Shown piece after piece: positions 18,601 through 27,600 of a stretch of DNA of 64,000 nucleotides. A program made the translations under genes and the position numbers. Positions within the stretch are counted from its first letter, which is position 1; every line of letters begins with the position of its first letter. The stretch covers positions 42,037 through 106,036 of the forward strand of contig CANMOQ010000001.1 of assembly GCA_947499505.1 (NCBI GenBank). The letters run 5' to 3'. Source of the stretch: an uncultured Erythrobacter sp. (GTDB taxonomy: Bacteria > Pseudomonadota > Alphaproteobacteria > Sphingomonadales > Sphingomonadaceae). The notes under the pieces are model-generated. The model ran no database searches. It saw nothing but the letters and a program-made list of their open reading frames with translations, and was not told the origin of the DNA.

Positions 18601-21600
18601 CCGGGATCAGTGTGCAGACCGCGGGCGGTTTTGCCGACGTGGATAATGCAAACCTTGTTTATTCGGCAACGGGATTGCCTCCGGGTCTCAGTATTGATGC
18701 GAACACGGGTGAAATCACTGGAACGATTGACAACTCAGCCAGCCAAGGCGGCGTGGCAGGAGTTTACAATGTCACCATCACGGCGAACGATAATGTAGGC
18801 GGGGCCCCGGCCACGCAGACATTCAGTTGGACGGTCAGCAACCCTGCGCCGACGGCTGCCAATGACACCGCGACAACTGACGAAGACACGCCCGTCGATA
18901 TCCCGGTTTTGGCCAACGACAATGATCCCGATGGCGATGATCTGAGCATTGTTTCGGCAACCGCTCCCAACGGCACGGTTGTGGTCAACGCTGATGGCAC
19001 CATCACCTACACGCCAAATGCCGATTTCAACGGTACAGACACCATCACTTATACTATTAGTGATGGCGAAGGCGGCACTTCGCAGGCAACTGTTGCGGTA
19101 ACGGTGGGCGCGGTCAACGATCCGCCTGTTCCGGTTGGCGCTTTGCCAGCGCAGACCAATCTGGACGCAGATAGCGGGATTTCTCTGGCAACGGCCGGCG
19201 GTTTTGCGGACAGCGACGATACGAACCTCGTCTACAGCGCGGCTGGTCTGCCGCCGGGCCTATCTATTGATAGCGCCACGGGTGAGATTACTGGCACGAT
19301 TGACAATTCTGCGAGCACTGGTGGAACGGGCGGCGTTTACAATGTCACCGTTACCGCGACCGATCCATCGGGCGAAAGCGCGGATCAGGACTTCAGCTGG
19401 ACGGTTACCAACCCTGCGCCAATTGCAGTGGATGACACCGCCAGCACCACTGAAGACACGCCTGTTCTGATCGACGTCTTGCCGAATGACAGCGATCCTG
19501 ACGGCGACGTTCTGACGGTTATTTCCGCGTTCTCTTCCGTTGGTCAGGCCACGCTAGTCGGCAATCAGATCAACTTTGTCCCGCCTGCCAATTTCAACGG
19601 CACGGCAACCATCACGTACACCATCAGTGATGGCGAAGGCGGCACGTCTGAGGCGACTGTCACGGTTACAGTTGCGCCAGAAAATGACGATCCAGACTCG
19701 ACCCCGATCCCGCCGGTTGATGCGCTCGACGGTGATACAGTTTCTGTGCCGGTTGCGGATGCGTTCAGCGACGTTGACGGCGACACGCTCACCTTCAGCG
19801 CGACTGATCTGCCGCCGGGTCTGACGATTGACCCTGATACAGGCGTTATCTCCGGCACCATCACGCCGGATGCCAGCCAGACCAATGGCGGCGTCTACAC
19901 CGGGACCATCACTGTTGATGATGGCAATGGCGGCACGACAACCGAGACAATCACCTTCAATGTCGCGAACCCGCCGCCAGAGGCGGTGAACGATAACGCC
20001 TCTACCGATGAAGACGTAGCGGTCACCATCGATGTACTGGCCAATGACAGTGATCCGGACGTCGACCCGCTGACAGTGACATCGGCTGATGCGCAAAACG
20101 GCACCACGGTCATCAACGCTGATGGCACGGTCACCTACACGCCAAATCCGGGCTTTAACGGCACGGACACGATCACTTACGAGATTTCGGACGGCAATGG
20201 TGGTACGTCGATTGCGACCGTTACGGTCGTGGTCAATGACATCAATGATACGCCAGAGATCAGCGGCTCGATCGGTGATCAGACCAATCTTGATGCGCAG
20301 GAGATCAATCTGCCCGTCGCTGGCGCCTTCAGTGATCCGGACGGCGATGCGCTCAGCTTCACCGCCATTGGCCTGCCAGCGGGTCTGACGATTGACCCTG
20401 ACACGGGCGTGATCTCTGGCACGATTGATAACAGCGCGAGCCAGGTGAACGGCGGCAGCTACAGCATCACCGTGACAGCTGATGATGGACGCGGCGGGAC
20501 TATATCACAGGACTTTACCTGGACCGTTGCCAACCCGGCGCCGATTGCGGCGAATGATGCGGTGACAACCGACGAAGACACGCCAGTTAATGTCGACGTG
20601 CTCGCCAATGATGTCGATCCAGACGGCGATGATCTGACGGTGATCGAAGCCGAGGCGGGCAATGGCACGGTTACAATCAATGCCGATGGCACATTGGTCT
20701 ACACGCCAAACCCAGATTTCAACGGTACGGACACCATCGTCTACACCATTGATGATGGTGAAGGCGGGGTCTCATCGGCCAGCGTCGATGTAACCGTCAC
20801 ACCGGTCAATGACGGGCCGACGACTGTAGGGCTGCCGAATCAGAGCGGCGAAGACAGCCAGACCGTTTCCATCCCAACCGCCAGCGCGTTTAACGATGTT
20901 GACGGCGATGTTCTGACGTTCAGCGCAGAAGGCCTGCCGCCTGCGCTCTCGATTGATCCAGATACGGGCGTAATCTCTGGCACTTTGGCTTCGGATAGCT
21001 CGCAAAATGGACCGTTTGTGGTGACCGTGACCGCGACCGATCCGTCCGGTGAAGAGGTCAGTACGACCTTTATCTACTCGGTACAAAACGTGCCGCCGAT
21101 CGCGCAGAATGATACCGCGACCACGCCGGAAGATACGCCGGTTACCATAGCGGTTTTGGCCAATGACAGCGACCCTGATGGTGATGCGCTGACCATTACC
21201 AGCGCGAGCGCGGACAATGGCACAGTTGTCGTCAATGCAGATGGCACCGTTACCTTCACGCCTGACCCTGATTTTAATGGTGAGGCGAATGTCACCTACA
21301 CCGTCAGCGATGGTCAGGGCGGCGTTGCGACAGCGACGCTGACCGTCACCGTTACAGCTGAGAACGATGATCCTGCTGCGGTCGATATTCCTGATGTCAC
21401 CAATGAAGACAATCAGTCGGTTTCCATCGCAACGGAGAGCTTCTTTAGCGACGTTGACGGCGATGATTTGACAATAACGGCGGCTGGCCTGCCGCCGGGT
21501 CTCTCAATCGATCCGACGACTGGCATCATCTCCGGCACGCTCGACATTGATGCGAGCCAGGGCAGCCCATATACCGTCACGCTCACCGCTGATGATGGCA

Positions 21601-24600
21601 ATGGCGGCACAGTGTCGCAAGACTTCGTTTGGACCGTCACCAACCCGGCACCAACCGCCGTCAATGACAACGCGAGCGTCGATGAAGACAGCAGTGTCAA
21701 TGTCGATGTGCTCGGCAATGACAATGATCCTGATGGCGATCCGCTGACCGTCACCAGCGCAACCGCGCCAAATGGCACTGTGGTGATCGAGGCTGATGGC
21801 ACGCTGACTTACACGCCAAATCCTGATTTCAACGGCGAAGACACGATCACTTACACGATCGATGATGGCAATGGCGGCACCTCTACCGCCGCAGTTATCG
21901 TCACCGTCAATCCGATCAATGATGATCCGGTTGCGGTCGATGATGCGGTCACCACCGATGAAGACACGCCGGTTACCATCGGCGTGCTGGGCAATGACAG
22001 CGATGTTGATGGCGATGATCTGACCGTCACGACTGCAACCTCACCTGATGGCACGGTTACGATCAATCCAGATGGCACGTTGGAGTTTGTGCCTGATCCG
22101 AACTTCAACGGCACGACGACAATCTCTTACGAGATTTCGGACGGCAATGGCGGCACAGCGACTGCGACGGTCACCGTTACGGTCAACCCGATCAACGATC
22201 CGCCGGTTGCGAACCCTGATGCGGCGACCACTGATGAAGACACGCCGGTTAATGTACCTCTGATCGGTAATGACACCGATGCTGATGGTGACGCACTGAC
22301 CGTGACCGCTGCAACAGCGGTCAATGGCACTGTCGTAATTAACCCAGATGGTAGCGTTGACTACACGCCGAACCCGGACTTTAACGGCACAGATACAATC
22401 ACTTACACCATAAGTGATGGCAATGGCGGGTTCTCAACCTCGACCGCAACCATCACGGTGAACCCGGTTAACGATGATCCGGTGGCGGCCCCAATCGCGC
22501 CGCAAACCAATGATGATAGCACGCCTGTCACGCTCGATATCAGCGGCAATTTCTCTGACGTTGACGGCGATGATCTGACGTTCAGCGCCACCGGTCTGCC
22601 GCCCGGCCTCAGCATTGATGCCAATGGCAATATCACAGGCACACTTGATCCAGACGCCTCGCAAGGCGGCCCGGCGGGTGACGGGGTGTACGAAGTCACA
22701 GTGACAGCCGATGATGGCAATGGTGGCACGGTCGATACGACCTTCATTTGGACGGTGAACAACCCACCGCCAGAGGCCGTGGATGACACCGCGACGACCG
22801 ATGAAGACACGCCAGTCAACATTCCTGTGCTCGCCAATGATAGCGATCCGGATGGCGATCCGCTGACCGTGACGGCGGCTGATGCGGGCAATGGCACGGT
22901 TGTGATCGAGGCGGATGGCACGGTCACCTACACGCCGAATGAAGACTTCAACGGCACGGATACGATCACCTACACCATCAGCGATGGCAATGGTGGAACC
23001 TCCACCGCGACCGTGACTGTCACGGTTGATCCGGTGAACGATGATCCGGTTGTCACGCCGATTGCGCCGCAAGATAACGTCGACAGCGCGGACGTGTCGC
23101 TGCCAACAGCGGGCAATTTCAGCGATGTTGACGGCGATACGCTGACCTTTAGCGCTACCGGCCTGCCAGCGGGCCTCTCGATCGACCCCAACACGGGCGA
23201 GATCACCGGCACAATTGCTGCGGATGCAAGCCAAGGCGGTCCGGCGGGTGACGGTATCTACTCCGTCACCGTCACGGCGGACGATGGCAATGGCGGCACG
23301 GTCGATACGACCTTCACCTGGACCGTCACCAACCCGCCGCCAGAGGCGGTGGACGATGCGGCAACGACTGACGAAGACACGCCGGTCAATATTCCGGTGC
23401 TCGCCAATGATAATGACCCAGATGGCGATCCGCTGACGGTTACCTCGGCAACCGCGCCAAATGGAACGGTTGTGATCGAGGCGGATGGCACGGTCACCTA
23501 TACGCCGAATGAAGACTTTAACGGCACCGATACAATCACCTACACCATCAGTGATGGCAATGGCGGCACCTCGACGGCGACTGTCACCGTAACGGTTGAT
23601 CCGGTGAACGACGATCCGGTGGCTGACACGCCGCTGGCCAACCTTGCCAATATCGATAGCGCGACCGTCAATGTTCCGGTCGCCGGTAACTTCAGCGATG
23701 TCGATGGCGATGGCCTGACGTTTGGTGCGACAGGCCTGCCTCCAGGTCTCATTATTGATGCGGCTGGTAATATCACCGGCACCATCGATCCCGACGCCTC
23801 GCAAGGCGGGCCAGCGGGTGATGGCATTTACACCGTCAGCGTGACAGCGGATGATGGCAATGGCGGCACGGTAACCAGCAGTTTTGCCTGGACCGTCACC
23901 AACCCGCCGCCAGTGGCCACGGATGATACCGCAACCACGCCAGAGGACACGCCGGTCAATATCGATGTGCTGGCGAACGACAATGATCCCGATGGCGATG
24001 CGCTCACGGTGACATCGGCAATCGCGCCAAACGGTACGGTCGTAATCGAAGCCGATGGCACGGTTACCTACACGCCGAATGAAGACTTCAACGGCACGGA
24101 TACGATTACCTACACGATCAGCGATGGGGAGGGCGGCACCACCACGGCGACCGTCACTGTGACAGTTGATCCGGTCAATGACGACCCGGTCGCTGACCCG
24201 CAGCTGACCAATCAGACCGACGATGACGCCGATGTCATCTCGCTCGATGTGTCTGGCAATTTCAGCGATGTTGATGGTGATACGCTCACCTTCACGGCGA
24301 CCGGCCTGCCGGGCGGACTGTCGATTGACGCCAATGGTGTGATCACTGGCACGCTGGATGCGGATGCATCGCAGGGCGGGCCGAACAGCGATGGACTCTA
24401 CACCGTCACCGTCACGGCCGATGATGGCAACGGCGGCACGACCACATCAACCTTCGTGTGGACCGTGAACAACCCACCGCCGCTTGCTGCGCCTGATACG
24501 GCCAGCACGACGGAAGACATACCGGTCACTGTCGATGTGCTGGCCAATGACAATGATCCAGACGGCGATGCGCTGACTGTGACGGAGGCGAACGCCGCCA

Positions 24601-27600
24601 ATGGCAGCGTTTTGATCAATGCCGACGGCACGATCACTTACACGCCGGATGCAAACTTCAACGGCACGGATACGGTGATCTACACCATCAGCGATGGTGA
24701 GGGCGGTACCTCGACCTCGACCGTGACGATCACTGTTGGCGCGGTAAATGACGATCCAGAAACAATTGGTCTGCCAGATCTCACCGATGGCAATAACGAG
24801 TTGATCGGTGTTCCGCTCGCCCCGGCGTTTAGCGATGCAGAAGGCGACACGCTTACCTTCTCAGCGACAGGCCTACCGGATGGTCTGTCGATTGACCCGG
24901 CCACAGGCGAAGTTACTGGCACTACGACGGGCACAGCCTCAAGTGGAGGGCCGCTGAGCGATGGTGTCTACACCGTCACAGTCACTGCTGACGATGGCAA
25001 TGGCGGAAGCGTAAGCACGACCTTCACCTGGACGATTAACAACGAGCCGCCAACGGCGATCGACGATAACTTCGTCGGTACGGAAGACACGCCACAAGTG
25101 CTCGACGTGCTGGCGAACGATATTGATCCTGATGCCGATCCGATGACTCCAATCGTTATCATCGATGCGCAGGCGACCAATGGCACCGCTGTGGTCAATG
25201 CGGATGGCACGATCACTTTCACGCCGGACCCTGACTTTAACGGCACGGCGACTGTCACTTACACGATCGAAGATGCGAACGGCGATCCAGCGACAGCAAT
25301 CGCGACCATCGTTATCGCGCCAGAAAACGATGCTCCTGATGCGACACCGCTGCCCGACCGCGGCGATGAGGACGGCGATGCTGTTTCCATCGATGCCGGC
25401 GTATTGTTCTCTGACATCGAAGGCGACACGCTGACGTTCAGCGCGACTGATCTTCCAGCGGGCCTGACGATTGATCCTGGTACTGGCATTATCAGCGGGA
25501 CGATTGATCCCGATGCCAGCCAAGTGAACAATGGCGTCTATCAGACCACCATTACCGCTGATGATGGCAATGGCGGCACGACCGATGTGGCTTTTGTCTG
25601 GACGGTGACCAACCCTGGCCCGACGGCCGCGGATGACACGGCCTCGACTGCTGAAGACACGCCAATCCCGTCGATTGATGTACTCGGCAATGATAATGAC
25701 CCGGATGGCGATGCGCTGACCGTGGTGTCTGCCAGCGCACCAAACGGCACAGTTGTCATCAATGCTGACGGCACTTTGGCCTACACGCCGGATCCAGACT
25801 TTAACGGCACCGACACGATCACCTATCAGATCACTGATGGTCAGGGCGGCACGTCCACAGCCATAGTTACAGTGACGGTAGGCGCTGAAAATGACGATCC
25901 GACTGCGCCGCCGCTATCGGCCCTCATCAATGATGATGCCGATGTTGTTGCTTTGGATCTCGCGCCCGGCTTTGCCGATGTCGACGGTGATCCGCTAACG
26001 TTTACCGCGACTGGCCTACCGCCAGGCCTCACCATTGATGCCGCTGGCAATGTCACCGGAACTATCGATCCGGATGCTTCACAGGGCGGGCCGAACGGCG
26101 ATGGCATCTACGAAGTCACCGTCACCGCTGATGATGGCAATGGTGGTACGGTGGATGCGGTATTCACCTGGACCGTTGGCAACCCAGCGCCGCTCGCGGT
26201 GGATGACACGGCGATCACCGATGAGGACACGCCGGTCAATATCCCCGTTCTGGCCAATGACAATGATCCAGACGGCGATCCGCTGAGCGTAACTCAGGCG
26301 AGCGCTGGTAATGGCACCGTTGTGATCGAAGCTGATGGCACGGTCACTTACACGCCGGATGAAGACTTCAACGGCACCGATACGATCACTTACGAGATTT
26401 CGGATGGCAATGGCGGCACCTCGACAGCGACGGTGACCGTAACCGTCAATCCGATCAATGATGATCCGGATGTAACGCCGCTCGCCCCGCGCGAGAATGT
26501 CGATAGCGCAGTCGTGAACGTGCCGACCGCTGGCAATTTCAGCGATGTCGATGGCGACACTCTGACATTTGATGCCACGGGCCTGCCAACTGGCCTCACG
26601 ATTGATCCAGCCACGGGCGTGATCTCTGGCACGATTGATCCATCTGCCTCCATTGGTGGACCGAATGGTGATGGCACTTACGAAGTCACTGTGACGGCTG
26701 ACGACGGCAATGGCGGTACCGTGTCCACCACCTTTAGCTGGACAGTGACCAATCCAGTGCCAGTGGCGGTGAACGACACTGCAACCACCACAGAAGACAC
26801 AGCGACCAATATCGATGTGCTGGCCAATGACAGCGATCCTGATGGCGATCCGCTGACCGTGGTTACTGCCTCTGCGGCGAACGGCACGGTCACGATCCTG
26901 CCCGATGGCACGATTGATTACACGCCGAACCCGGATTTCAACGGGACGGATACGATCTCTTACACGATCAGCGACGGCAATGGCGGCACGGCTTCGGCGC
27001 TCGTCACGGTCACCGTTGATCCAGAGAATGATCCACCAGTGGCCGTTAATGATACGACCACGACCGACGAAGACACGTCGGTTACAATCCCGGTCCTCTC
27101 CAATGACAGCGATGTTGATGGCGATGATTTGACGGTAACCGATGCGACCGCGCCAAACGGCACGGTTACGATCAACCCAGATGGCACGGTGACCTACACG
27201 CCGGATCCCGATTTCAACGGGACCGACACGATCACCTACACCATTGATGATGGCAATGGCGGCACCGACACTGCGACGATCACTGTCGTGGTTGCGCCGG
27301 TCAATGATGCGCCGATTGCGGCGCCTGACACTGCAGACACGGATGAGGACACACCGGTCACCATCCCTGTTCTCGCCAATGACAGCGATGTTGACGGCGA
27401 TCCGCTGACGGTCACCGATGCGACCTCGCCTGATGGCACGGTCACTATCAATCCGGATGGTACGATCACGTTTGAGCCTGATCCGAACTTCAACGGACCG
27501 GCCACCATCACCTACACCATCGATGATGGCATGGGCGGCACCGCAACCTCGACTGTTACGGTCAATGTTGCGCCGGTTAACGATCCGCCTGTTGCGGAAG

